From the NCBI GenBank assembly GCA_965204745.1, contig OZ242010.1, forward strand, positions 2,336,001 through 2,400,000: DNA of 64,000 nucleotides. The letters are read 5' to 3'. Below, piece after piece: positions 25,501-32,924 of the stretch (position 1 is its first letter; each line of letters opens with the position of its first letter). The translations under genes were made by a program, and so were the position numbers. Origin of the DNA: Candidatus Latescibacterota bacterium. Its GTDB lineage: Bacteria; Latescibacterota; UBA2968. The notes under the pieces were generated by a model that saw nothing but the letters and a program-made list of their open reading frames with translations, was not told the DNA's origin and made no database searches.

Positions 25501-27779
25501 TAGAGTTTCCACTGCACCTTGTACCCCGTCGCAGTGCTCACCGCAGTCCAGCGCACGTCCAAGGTGTCCACTTTGGGCGTCACGATCACACCCGTCGGCA
25601 TGTCCAGCCCTTTAAGGGGCGTGCCCACGACCTCGTCCGAGGGATCACTATCGGTCCCACCTGCCAGGGTAGCAGTGACGCGCACAGTGTAGGTCGTGCC
25701 AAAAGTCAGGCCCTCTATCGTGTAGGTCGTGGTGCTCCCGTCAGAGACCGTCGCCTGGCGAGAAGAGGTGTTGTAGGTCTGTTGCCCAGACTTCCACTGC
25801 ACCTTGTAGCCCGTCGCGCCGGTTGCCTTGGTCCAATCCACAATGAGTTGGAGCGGCACCGGTGTCATGTGCACATTGGTGGGCTTGGTGGTCGCCGGCG
25901 TCAACATGACTGCGTCCGAAGGGTCACTGTCGGCGGCATTGAGGCGGGTGGCGATGACTTGAACCGTGTAGGTCGTCCCTGCGGTCAGACCAGAAATATC
26001 GTAGGTCGTGGTGAGCACGCTACCGATAGTGGCTTGCCCGCGCGTGGCGGACGCCAGATCGGAGGTGGGATAAGTCAGAGCCCCTGATTTCCACCGCACC
26101 TTATACCCGGTCGCATTGCGTACTAACCCCCAAGTCACGGTCAGCGTGTCTGTCTTCGCCGCCACCATCCCACCCGTCGGCTTGCCCACCCGTTGCGCGT
26201 TAAATTGCGCGGCGGTGTCCATGCCGGCATACTTCAAGACCGGATACTGACTCGTCGTGCCAAAGCTCCACGGATTGTCGTTGCCCGTTTGCCCGTCCAG
26301 GTTTAGGTTCCAGTTGGCGTAGATGCCGGTATAATCCGTGGGGTTTTGGAGCCCGGCGGTGGACTGAGGGCCGCCGCGTCCGGTGTCTTTTTGTCCGGTG
26401 GTGGTACTATCGTAGTAGCTGTAGCTAATTGATGTAGAACTGTTGAAGCCCACCAGACCGCCGATATAAGAGACGGCGCCGGTGCCCCTGACTGCGCCGG
26501 TGGCATAGCTAGCGGTTATCGCGCCCTCGAAAGCAGTACCGACCAGGCCGCCGAAGAAGGTTTGGCCTCTAACGGCGCCGGTGGCATAGCTAGCGCGTAT
26601 GACAGCACTTGAGCCGCTGTGAATGCCCACCAGACCGCCGACGTAAACATTGTCGTTGCTGACTGCGCCGGTGGCATAGCTAGCGGTTATCGTGCCGGAG
26701 TTGCCACCTACCAGACCGCCGAAGCGTACATCAACGTAGGGTCTGCTACCGCGCCCAGTGACGTCCACCTCGGCACCGCAGGCGGTAATGGTCGAGCTAC
26801 CGTGCGTCAGATTGCCCACCAAGCCACCGCCATCGCTGAGCCCGCTGACCTGTCCGGTAACGCGGATGTGCATGAGCTGGAGCCTGTTGCCTTGGCCAAC
26901 AAGGACTGCGGTATAAGCAGAGCCGGTCATATCGGCGTTCACCAGACTCAAATTGCGGATCGTACCGCCCTCGGCATAGCCGAACAGCCCGATATGGTTG
27001 GTGGCAGAGCGGTCGATAAACAGGGTGGAGATGGTATAGTCGTTGCCGTGGAAGTTGCCGGTGTATTTCGTCTCGCTGTTGCCGATGGGCGCCCAACCCT
27101 CGCCGATGTTCCAGTAGGTGGCGTCTGCTGAGGTGATTTCGTTGTCGCTGTTCTCGTCAAAGTTTAGGTTCGCCGTCAGTTCGTAGCCGATACAGGTGGT
27201 ATCGCAACCCATCCCAGGCGGCAGGTTGGGGAAGGCGGCATTGTAGGCGGTCGTATCGCTGGTCGTGGCACTTGTGTCTATGGCACCATCGGCATTGAGG
27301 TCCCAGCGCATGGCATGCAGTTGCGCCAGCCCGGTTTGCCCAGCACCGAGTTCAATGAGGTTGTCGCCATCGGTGTCGTAGTCGGTAAAGTTGCCGGCAG
27401 AGACCGTATAGGTCAGCGTGGTCGTTCCCACAGCGGGGGAAACCACGATGCGGATGCTGACCGGCAGGGTAGATACGGCGACTTGGTGGCCGCTGGTCGC
27501 GCTGGCATCGGCCGGCGTGATGGCGACAGTTGCCCCAGAATTGGTTGGGGTCGCGGTCACGGTGATCTCTGTCGCGCCGGATTGAACGGCAAATGCGTAG
27601 GTGGTTTTGTCGGATGCGAATGTGGAAAGCAGGGTGCCTTGCGTGAGGGTCAGCGCGCTGAGGGTCGTATCGGTATTCGAGGGCGTCGTCTGCGCTGTCG
27701 CGGGGGCGACCAGCAAGGGCATGACCAACATGGCGATCCAGGTTGGAAGGGACAGAAAAGGAAAAATAAAGCGCACCAT
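16509..27779 (-). CDS. Giant modular surface protein: signal peptide, cadherin-like beta-sandwich, 3 GLUG-type cassettes, 14 FN3, 9 Ig-like modules, twin dockerin-like C-terminus
   Basis: 3756-aa ORF; AAGGAG RBS; signal peptide ending APATA; GLUG-type GGLVG..YATGxV repeats; FN3 LTVTW..ATGYKVQWK..YTIRV; C-terminal 2x LDVDGDG.VRLFSDIIL.IRY. Confidence 0.93.
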   Translation of the reverse strand: MVRFIFPFLSLPTWIAMLVMPLLVAPATAQTTPSNTDTTLSALTLTQGTLLSTFASDKTTYAFAVQSGATEITVTATPTNSGATVAITPADASATSGHQVAVSTLPVSIRIVVSPAVGTTTLTYTVSAGNFTDYDTDGDNLIELGAGQTGLAQLHAMRWDLNADGAIDTSATTSDTTAYNAAFPNLPPGMGCDTTCIGYELTANLNFDENSDNEITSADATYWNIGEGWAPIGNSETKYTGNFHGNDYTISTLFIDRSATNHIGLFGYAEGGTIRNLSLVNADMTGSAYTAVLVGQGNRLQLMHIRVTGQVSGLSDGGGLVGNLTHGSSTITACGAEVDVTGRGSRPYVDVRFGGLVGGNSGTITASYATGAVSNDNVYVGGLVGIHSGSSAVIRASYATGAVRGQTFFGGLVGTAFEGAITASYATGAVRGTGAVSYIGGLVGFNSSTSISYSYYDSTTTGQKDTGRGGPQSTAGLQNPTDYTGIYANWNLNLDGQTGNDNPWSFGTTSQYPVLKYAGMDTAAQFNAQRVGKPTGGMVAAKTDTLTVTWGLVRNATGYKVRWKSGALTYPTSDLASATRGQATIGSVLTTTYDISGLTAGTTYTVQVIATRLNAADSDPSDAVMLTPATTKPTNVHMTPVPLQLIVDWTKATGATGYKVQWKSGQQTYNTSSRQATVSDGSTTTYTIEGLTFGTTYTVRVTATLAGGTDSDPSDEVVGTPLKGLDMPTGVIVTPKVDTLDVRWTAVSTATGYKVQWKLYRRTYDVSRQAIVTGTRYAIPNLIAGAPYLVRVIATKAGLPGSAPSVEVPGVPLLRSPMGVMVAADMDTLTVTWNAVPNATGYKVQWKSGSEMYPTADLASALRGQATIAGGNTTTHKISGLTAGTTYTVQVIATHTNVADSAPSAEVPGVPLLGKPTVMVAAKMDTLTVTWNAVPNATGYKVQWKSGALTYPTVDLDSATRGQATIAGGNTTTHKISGVTVGTLYAVRVIATSTNINIADSTPSDEVMVMPATNRPTNVRVTPGTTQLLVRWTEATGATGYKVQWKSGQQAYDPSSRQAQVSGVSTTTYTIENLTVSTTYTVRVLAILSGGVDSTPSDEVMGTPPGIDYDRDGDGLIDITTLAQLNAIRYDMDGNGDATHAVYAAAFPNRDTTSNVRMGCPSGTCTGYELLNNLDFSEGPSSWTSGVGWLPIGTWRIASRETYTGTFKGNNKTISNLYIARIFVNLPPGDTTTGWYVGLFSRVSGNISGLGLKNVNVRGQYYVSGLAGAQTGGRILGCFVTGRVESAVHTAGGLVGQSQGIIAASYTNAEVRSSRNRNNTGGLTPGGLVGHVIGEGQVIASYAIGPVAGHDNVGGLVGHFNGGNLSASYATGRVTGSINVGGLTGVGAFNVSHSYWDTESSGRPSSSGGTGQTTSALQSQTSYDDIYASWDVDVDGRSGNDDPWTFGAADQYPVLKYAGLDTAAQFAMQPPGIPTSVTVTPQAGTLDVRWRTASYATGYKVQWKSGMQSYAASRQTTVTDTLHKIPNLIIGTTYTVRVIATKTGARDGMPSAEQTGVISRLGIPTVMVAAKLDTLTVTWNVVTSATGYKVQWKSGNEMYPTADQASALRGQATITDGSATTYKISGLTRGTTYTIRVIATSTNVADSAPSEEVTGVPMLERPTGVEVSATVDTLTVTWNAVDDATGYEVQWKTGSETYPNADVASALRGQATIAGGSATTYDISGLTVGTTYTIRVIATRTNVADSAPSEEVTGVPVLGSPTVMVAAKVDTLTVTWNAVDDATGYKVQWKTGSETYPNADVAAALRGQATIAGGSATTYDISGLTVGTTYTIRVIATRTNVADSAPSEEMTGVPVLGSPTVMVAAKVDTLTVTWNAVDDATGYKVQWKTGSETYPNADVAAALRGQATIASGSATTYDISGLTAGTTYTIRVIATRTNVADSAPSEEVTGVPLLGSPTVMVAAKGDTLTVTWNAVNGATGYKVQWKTGAETYPNADVASATHGQATITDGSTTTYDISGLTVGMAYTIRVIATRTNVADSAPSEEVISILTLGSPTGVDVSATVDTLTVTWNAVTNATGYKVQWKSGSETYPNADSQAATHGQATIAGGSTTIHKISGLTTGMTYTIRVIATSTNINVADSVPSEEVMVTLATTRPTNVRVTPGPAQLIVAWTEATGATGYKIQWKSGGQSYNTSDRQTTVSGMSTTTYTIENLTFGATYTVRVTATLAGGTDSTPSDEVMGTPQAINYDRDGDGLIDIKTLAQLHAIRWDLNGDGVVADSDTMTYNAAFPNRVTTSNGRMGCPSGTCTGYELLNNLNFDENNDGAITQADTTYWNGGTGWIPIGTYTGTFKGNNKTISYLYMSYPHTNQRSNVGLFSIVSGDISGVGLLNVNVHATDTVGGLVGAQNGGRITGCYVTGFVEGARYGVGGLAGRLVSSGHIAACYSHATVQKWPNWYGSVLYEVGGLVGYLGNGASVTASYATGPVSGWGRTDASSAIGGLVGQNAGTITASYATGTATRNSNNHQTGGLFATGSGTGTDSYWDTESSDLSSSAGGTGYTTSALQSETDYNGIYATWNVDVDGRPGNDDPWTFGAADQYPVLKYAGMDTTVQFQRQPAIVTLTLMPSSISENGEVSTVSATLAHPSSAATTITVSAAPVSPVVASAFTLSNAKTLTIAARQTTSTGTVTITAVNDMTDAPDKRVTVSATVQGGNGGRLSSAVTLTLRDDDAAPTATLAASPLSISENLGVSTITATLSRLSISATTITVRPVADAYTVGTDSTITIAAGQTANASDTVAITAVDNAQDALDRSATVSGVSRNAHGAGSVTGVTLTLTDDDAAPDVTMVVTPALISENGAISTVTATLSHTSSAATTITVSVPTSSDYTLSTDKTLTVAAGQTMSTGTVTITTVDNSQSSGNKTVTVSSTPSNSVGTGSVTDAPLTIIDDEVAQVMLILSPASIAETGAVSTVTATLNRTATAATTITVSAEAVSPAVANDFTLSNTTTLTIAAGVTTSTGTVTITSVNDTTDAPDKGVTVSATVAGGNGASLSSAVTLTITDDEAAPDVALTLSPASIAETGGVSTITATLSHASSAITTITVRPVADAYTVGMDSTITIAAGSTANATDTVEITAVDNATDAPNNDVTVSVAVSNDQGVGSVTGTDLTITDDDAAPDVTLVLMPASISEAGGVSTVSATLTHPSSAATTITVRPVANAYTVGSDSTITIAAGSTANASDTVIITAVDNTQDAPNRNVTVAGVANNDQGAGSVTGAALTITDDDAAPDVTMMVAPALISEAGAVSTVTATLSHPSSAATTITVSASAVSPAVPGDFTLSGTATLTVAAGATTSTGTVTITTVDNSMSSGNKTVTVSASTVGNSIGTGSVTDATLTIIDDEVAQVTLVLSPASISEAGAVSTVTATLNRTVTAATTITVSAMAVSPAVAGDFTLSTTTTLTVAASVTTSTGTVTITAENNTTDAPDKRVTVAATVAGGNGASLSSAVTLTITDDEATPTVTLVLTPSSISENAEVSTITATLSHPSSAITTITVSATPVSPATASDFTLSNADTLIIAATATTSTGTVTITAVENADRADDKTVTVSATANNAQGITAPSPVTLTLTDDDAPSANLDVDGDGRVRLFSDIILVIRYVLFFRNEALLRGNVIEQTATRTTAQEIEPYLDTLVNQNILDVDGDGDVRLFSDIILIIRYVLFFRNEALVRGNVIEQNATRTTAQAIEPYIRSLYPDSHFQ

Positions 27780-28044
27780 TTTAGTCTCCTTTCGAGGGGG
27801 GACACTGTACTGATCATCCTAACAGGCTGTTTGGCAATAAAATAGAACCGCACTCCAAGACGAGAATGGGCGATATGAACGCCAGTTTTCTCGGTGGGAC
27901 AGGCGGGAAAAACATAGAGCCAAATGAGGTTCAAACAGCGGCTGAAAATGGCGGTGATCATCTGAATCCTCCTTTGCAAAAGCTGTCGCGTAGACCGGGC
28001 GCGGCTTTTTCTCCGCGTTCAAAATCGCCATGGTGAACGAGAAA

Positions 28045-28074
28045 AATATAGGGAATCACGCTATTGTTTGTCAA
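28045..28074 (-). promoter_or_regulatory. Sigma70-type promoter for giant gene 2
   Basis: Minus strand TTGACA (28074-28069) - 18 nt - TATATT (28050-28045), about 265 nt upstream of the ATG. Confidence 0.6.
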
Positions 28075-28127
28075 GCGGTAAAATGACGGTGGGATCGGTG
28101 GTCAGTCAAGCGAGAAGGCATGCGAGG

Positions 28128-28544
28128 GGGACCTACCCCCTGGCCCCGTTACTCGCTACGCTTCGTTGTAGGCTACGCCTGTGCCTGCGAGGAAGGGGGA
28201 ATGGCGAGAGGTTGTGCGAGGTGGGACCTACCCCCCTGGCCCCCCTTCCTGCGAGGAAGGGGGGAACTGTGAGTGGTTTTGCGAGGGATTGTGCGAGGGG
28301 GGTTTGGGTTTCTATGGCGTGATCCATTCGCCCAAAGCCATCAAAACAGCCCTAGATGCAAACCTTTAAGAAAGCCATGCGCTCCCCCTTTCCTTGTAGG
28401 AAAGGGGGCCGGGGGGATAGGTCTATGGCGACAGGGCGTGCGAAGGACACAGCGGAGGAGAACGATGAAGAGGCGGTGGGGTGGTGGGTGGTAATCCGCG
28501 TAATCCGCGCAATCCCCTAATCCGTTTAATCCGCGATTCAGACA
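28128..28544 (+). mobile_element. Composite REP/MITE-like element (~420 bp); inverted copy at 60056-60472
   Basis: GGGACCTACCCCC..GGCCCC ends, CCCCCTTCCT-N3-AGGAAGGGGG hairpins, AATCCGCG 9-mer tail; colinear with the reverse complement of 60056-60472. Confidence 0.75.
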
Positions 28545-28605
28545 CGGGCGGCAGGGTGGCGAGGACGGCCACGCTCATCGCGCTAAAACAAAATGTCAAC
28601 AGAAC

Positions 28606-28826
28606 CTCGTTCATGTCTTTGGATGATGGGTTGCGGCTTGCTTCTTACTCGCTTTCTACTCTTAATTCGCATTGACAAATATAGACATACAAGTGAATGA
28701 GTTTATCTTGCCAATCCATCGCGTGCTCCTTCCTTTAAGGGTGAAATGATTGAGCCCTCAAGAAAAGACAAGTACGCGATGGATTCAACTCTTAATTCGC
28801 ATTGACAACTGACAACTGACAACTGA
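28606..28826. repeat. 69-bp repeat, then 21-bp direct repeats flanking a hairpin, then CTGACAA heptamers
   Basis: ACTCTTAATTCGCATTGACAA at 28658-28678 and 28788-28808; stem AATCCATCGCGT/ACGCGATGGATT at 28713-28785. Confidence 0.8.
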
Positions 28827-28842
28827 TTTTCGGAGATGTATC

Positions 28843-30429
28843 ATGCGAAATCCCGTGGTAATCGGCATTGACGTGGGAACGGGCAGTGTGCGGGCGGGTG
28901 TATTTGCGTTGGATGGCACCATGCTCGGCGCGGCATCGTCGCCGATTTTGGAATTTCATCCCGAGCCGGATTTTTACGAGCAATCGTCCGAGAATATTTG
29001 GACCGAGACCGGGCGCGTGGTGCGCGAAGCCCTCGCCGAATCCAAGTGTTCGCCCAAAGCGGTGATCGGCCTGAGCTTTGACGCGACGTGTTCGCTCGTG
29101 GTCTTAGACGCTGATGGGCAGCCCCTGAGCGCGTCGAAAACCGGGCGGGCCGAGCGCAATGTGATCGTGTGGCGCGATCACCGCGCCATCGATCAAACGA
29201 ATCGGATCAACGCGGGTGCGTACGACGTGTTGCGATATGTCGGGGGTGTGATGTCGCCCGAGCAAGAGCCGCCCAAATTGTTGTGGCTCAAGGAAAACCT
29301 GCCCGACACCTGGCAACGGGCGGGCAAATTTTTCGATCTGGCGGATTTTATGGTCTATCGGGCGACCGGGATTGACCGGCGGAGTCTGTGTACCAATGTG
29401 TGCAAGTGGACCTACTTGGGGCACGAGTCGCGTTGGGATACTGACTTTTTTCACGCCATTGGCCTGGGCGATTTGTTCGACCGCGGCAAAGTGACGGAAG
29501 AGGTCGCACCGATGGGCGAATGTGCGGGGACCTTGTGCGCCGAGGCCGCGGACCTGATGGGCTTGACCACAAAAACAGCCGTGGGCGTGGGCATTATCGA
29601 CGCGCATGCGGGCGGGATCGGCGTTGGGGTTGACGAACCGATTTTGGCATTGATTGGCGGCACGTCCTCCTGTCACATGGCCGTGGCGAACGAGGCGCGA
29701 TTTATTCCCGGGGTGTGGGGGCCGTACTGCGGCGCGCTGTTGCCGGGCATGTGGCTCAGCGAAGGCGGGCAAAGCGCGACCGGGGCCTTGTTGGATCACA
29801 CGATAGCGCGATTTGGCATGGTGCGCGAAGAAGACCACTATTGGCATGTGCTCACCGGCAAAGAGATCAACGCGGTGTACGCGGAACTCAACGCGTACAT
29901 CGCCCAAAAAGGCGTGCGGTCAGATTGGACCGAGCGGTTGCACATCTCGGCCGATCACCACGGCAACCGCTCGCCCATGGCCGATCCCCAGGCGCGCGGG
30001 ATGATGGACGGGTTGACGCTGGACATGTCCTACGATGCGCTGGCGCGCATTTATCACGCGACCATCCAAGCGGTGGCTTATGGCACGCGCCACATTATCG
30101 ACGCGATGGAAGAACAGGGCTATGCCATCGCGCAAATCAATGCGTGCGGGGGCGGCACGAAAAACGCGCTGTGGATTCGAGAACACGCCGACGCCACGCA
30201 ACGCCCCATCCACTTGCCCAAAGAGCCGGAAGCCGTGTTGCTCGGCGCGGCGATTTTAGGCGCGGTTGCCGCGGGCGCGTTTTCCGACATTCAAGCCGCG
30301 ATGCGCGCCATGTGCCACGCGGGCGAAGTCATCGAACCCAACCGCGACACCGCAGACTTTCATGCGTGGAAATCCGCGCAACAACTGGCGATGTACGATC
30401 AGCATGTCGCCCGGCGGGAATCAAAATAA
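28843..30429 (+). CDS. FGGY-family carbohydrate (pentulose/ribulose) kinase
   Basis: GIDVGTGSVRA, FDATCSLV, VWRDHRA, IDAHAGG, GTSSCH, EGGQSATG, HGNRSP, GGGTKN. Confidence 0.92.
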   Translation: MRNPVVIGIDVGTGSVRAGVFALDGTMLGAASSPILEFHPEPDFYEQSSENIWTETGRVVREALAESKCSPKAVIGLSFDATCSLVVLDADGQPLSASKTGRAERNVIVWRDHRAIDQTNRINAGAYDVLRYVGGVMSPEQEPPKLLWLKENLPDTWQRAGKFFDLADFMVYRATGIDRRSLCTNVCKWTYLGHESRWDTDFFHAIGLGDLFDRGKVTEEVAPMGECAGTLCAEAADLMGLTTKTAVGVGIIDAHAGGIGVGVDEPILALIGGTSSCHMAVANEARFIPGVWGPYCGALLPGMWLSEGGQSATGALLDHTIARFGMVREEDHYWHVLTGKEINAVYAELNAYIAQKGVRSDWTERLHISADHHGNRSPMADPQARGMMDGLTLDMSYDALARIYHATIQAVAYGTRHIIDAMEEQGYAIAQINACGGGTKNALWIREHADATQRPIHLPKEPEAVLLGAAILGAVAAGAFSDIQAAMRAMCHAGEVIEPNRDTADFHAWKSAQQLAMYDQHVARRESK

Positions 30430-30453
30430 CCAGTCTAATCGGGAGGAGTTTCA

Positions 30454-31656
30454 ATGGGCATTCGTCTCGGCATCGTGGGATTGGGAGCATTTGCACAGCA
30501 TTTCATCCCCTTGTTCAAAGCACATCCAGGCGTGGATCAGGTGATCCTGTGCGACCTCAATGCGGAAAAACGCCGCGCCAATGCGGAAAAACACGGCATT
30601 GCACACACGTCACCCGCGCTCGATGACCTGTGCGGCGTGGACATTGACGCCATCGCGCTCTTCACGCAAAACTGGCTCCACGGGCCGCAGGCCGCACAGG
30701 CCCTTCGTGCGGACAAACACGTTTACTCCGCCGTGCCCCCCGGCATTTCCCTCGACGAATTGCGCGCCATTGCCCGTGCGGTCCGCGAAACCGGACGCCT
30801 CTACATGCTCGGGGAAACCAGCTATTACTACCCGGGCGTCATTTATTGTCGGCAACGGTTCCGCGAACGCACGTTTGGCGATATCGTCTATGCCGAAGCC
30901 GAGTATTACCACGACTGGGATCACGGCCTGTACGAGGTCGCCAAATGGCGCGGGGGCGAAAACTGGCGCGAAATCGCCGGCGTGCCGCCCATGTTTTATC
31001 CCACCCATTCAACCAGTCAAATTCTCTCTGTCACTGGCGCGCACATGACCCACGTCTCCTGCTATGGCGTTGCGGATCACCACGAAGACAAAATCTACGC
31101 CGCAAACCAGTGGCGCAATCCCTTCAGCAATGAATCCGCCCTGTTCAAACTCTCGGATGGTAGCATCGCCCGCATCAATGAATTTCGCCGCATCGGGCAT
31201 CCGGGCACGGCGCGGATGACCATGTTCGGCACGCAGGGCAGCTTTGAACACAATGCGGCCGGCGCGGTCTGGCTGACCAAAGACCGGGCAGAACGCGAAT
31301 CCCTCGACGCCCAACTCACCTGCCGCCGACCCGCAACGCAGGTCAAAGGCGATATGGACAAAGTCAGCGCGGACGATGGCACGCATCACAGCGTTGCCCC
31401 GGTGCATCCGGTCCACCGCTTGCCAGCCGCATTCAAAGGCTTGCCCAACGGCCACAGCGGGTCCCACCAATTTCTCGTAGATGATTTTGTGCGCGCCTGC
31501 ACGACGGGCAAAACACCGCCGAACAATATTTACGAGGCCGCGCGGTACATGGCCCCGGGGATCATCGCCCATCAATCCGCGCTCAAAGGCGGGGAATTGC
31601 TCGAAATTCCCGACTTGGGCGATCCGCCCACGCGCAACCGATTGGAGATCGCCTGA
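30454..31656 (+). CDS. Gfo/Idh/MocA family oxidoreductase
   Basis: GIVGLGAFA Rossmann start, KHVYSAVP, GETSYY, YPTHS; GGAGG RBS. Confidence 0.88.
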   Translation: MGIRLGIVGLGAFAQHFIPLFKAHPGVDQVILCDLNAEKRRANAEKHGIAHTSPALDDLCGVDIDAIALFTQNWLHGPQAAQALRADKHVYSAVPPGISLDELRAIARAVRETGRLYMLGETSYYYPGVIYCRQRFRERTFGDIVYAEAEYYHDWDHGLYEVAKWRGGENWREIAGVPPMFYPTHSTSQILSVTGAHMTHVSCYGVADHHEDKIYAANQWRNPFSNESALFKLSDGSIARINEFRRIGHPGTARMTMFGTQGSFEHNAAGAVWLTKDRAERESLDAQLTCRRPATQVKGDMDKVSADDGTHHSVAPVHPVHRLPAAFKGLPNGHSGSHQFLVDDFVRACTTGKTPPNNIYEAARYMAPGIIAHQSALKGGELLEIPDLGDPPTRNRLEIA

Positions 31657-31692
31657 TGGGAAATGGGGTTGTGTCTCGCGCAAAATCGCGTT

Positions 31693-32118
31693 AGGTTGTG
31701 TTGACATTTTATTTTTTTCCGTTACGCATAGATTAGCAAATGTGTTGTTTGCTGATTTAAGGCGTTTGGTCCTACAGCCTCGTTGGTTGCCTTCGATGCC
31801 TTCGGCGACCTACTTTTTTTCAACAAGAAAAAAAAGTAGGCAAAAAATGCCGCTCTCAAACGCCGAGAGGCTTGCACAGCGCAAATCGCTTTTGTAATCG
31901 CACGACATGCGTTGGCCTGCAAAGTGAGTTGCAAGAGGGATGTTGGTTGCGAGACGGCCTTGCGCGCTGTGCGTGATGGCTTGATCGGAGGGGGTTTTGC
32001 GAGGGCACTTGTTGTGATGCCTTCTTTGAACTGCGGAGAGCATATCCTGCGATAGGGCTTGATTTTCTCGATAAACCGCTCAAGTCAGTTGCAGGGATCG
32101 TAAATGTCAACACGACCT
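31693..32118. mobile_element. MITE (~426 bp) with 17-bp terminal inverted repeats
   Basis: AGGTTGTGTTGACATTT (31693-31709) / AAATGTCAACACGACCT (32102-32118), 16/17 match; second copy at 54794-55270; no transposase ORF. Confidence 0.82.
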
Positions 32119-32174
32119 CGTCAGTACGACACAAATGCTTGTTGCCATCAACTGCTGTCACAGAGGGAATGACC

Positions 32175-32912
32175 ATGACGCATTTTTCCAATGACGAAAA
32201 AGCCTTTTTCAAGCAAAATGGCTATGTCGTCAAACCCGACCTGATCGCGACCGCGCTGATCGAAAATGCACGGGACGCCGCGTGGGAACACATCAATGCG
32301 GATCGCAGGGACCCCCAAACTTGGATCGATGCCGGGCCAACCGGCAACCTGCCGTGTAGCGACCATCCCGCAATCGCCGCCATGACCACGCACACGCCGC
32401 TGTACGAGATGGCCGAAGAACTCGCGGGCAAAGGTCGTCTGCGCCCGCCCGGCAATGCCCTGTGCAAGATGATCTACCCCACCGGTCACGGCGATTGGCA
32501 TCCGCCGCGGGGGCATCTCGACGGGTACCTCATCGACGGCGTGGCCGACACCTTTACCGTCGCCGTGACCATCAACATCAGCGACGTTTTGCCGCGCGGC
32601 GGCGGCTTCACCACATGGGCGGGATCGCATCTCAAAGTCGCCGGGTACTTCCAGCGTCACGCGCTCACCAATTTGAGCGGGCTACGAGTCCCGGACTATC
32701 TCCCCTCGGCCGCGCGTTACGAACACGCGGCCCCCGCGGGCACCGTCTGCTTTTGGCACCACTACATGTTGCACACGGCCAGCATGAATTGTCGAAAACA
32801 CATCCGCATGGCCTTGGTCAACCGCTTTGCCTTCACCAACTTGCGCGATATCATGTTCGACCTGCCCTTCGACCTGTGGGCGCAATGGGATGGCTTGCGC
32901 GACATCAACTGA
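32175..32912 (+). CDS. Phytanoyl-CoA dioxygenase (PhyH) family 2OG/Fe(II) oxygenase
   Basis: FFKQNGYVV start, H-x-D (GHLDG), GGFTTWAGSH, distal His (YMLHTAS) and Arg; alternative ATG at 32169. Confidence 0.85.
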   Translation: MTHFSNDEKAFFKQNGYVVKPDLIATALIENARDAAWEHINADRRDPQTWIDAGPTGNLPCSDHPAIAAMTTHTPLYEMAEELAGKGRLRPPGNALCKMIYPTGHGDWHPPRGHLDGYLIDGVADTFTVAVTINISDVLPRGGGFTTWAGSHLKVAGYFQRHALTNLSGLRVPDYLPSAARYEHAAPAGTVCFWHHYMLHTASMNCRKHIRMALVNRFAFTNLRDIMFDLPFDLWAQWDGLRDIN

Positions 32913-32924
32913 AAGGGGCGCGTT

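Noticed and set aside
16509-27779. Diversity-generating retroelement acting on the giant genes
   Set aside because: No reverse transcriptase in the window, and differences between repeat copies are not visibly adenine-specific
27816-27840. IS-end-like CTAACAGGCTGTT motif
   Set aside because: No partner inverted repeat or transposase found
31722-32212. Small ORFs inside the MITE copies as a transposase
   Set aside because: Too short, with no DDE/HUH motifs; similarity between copies simply reflects the DNA repeat
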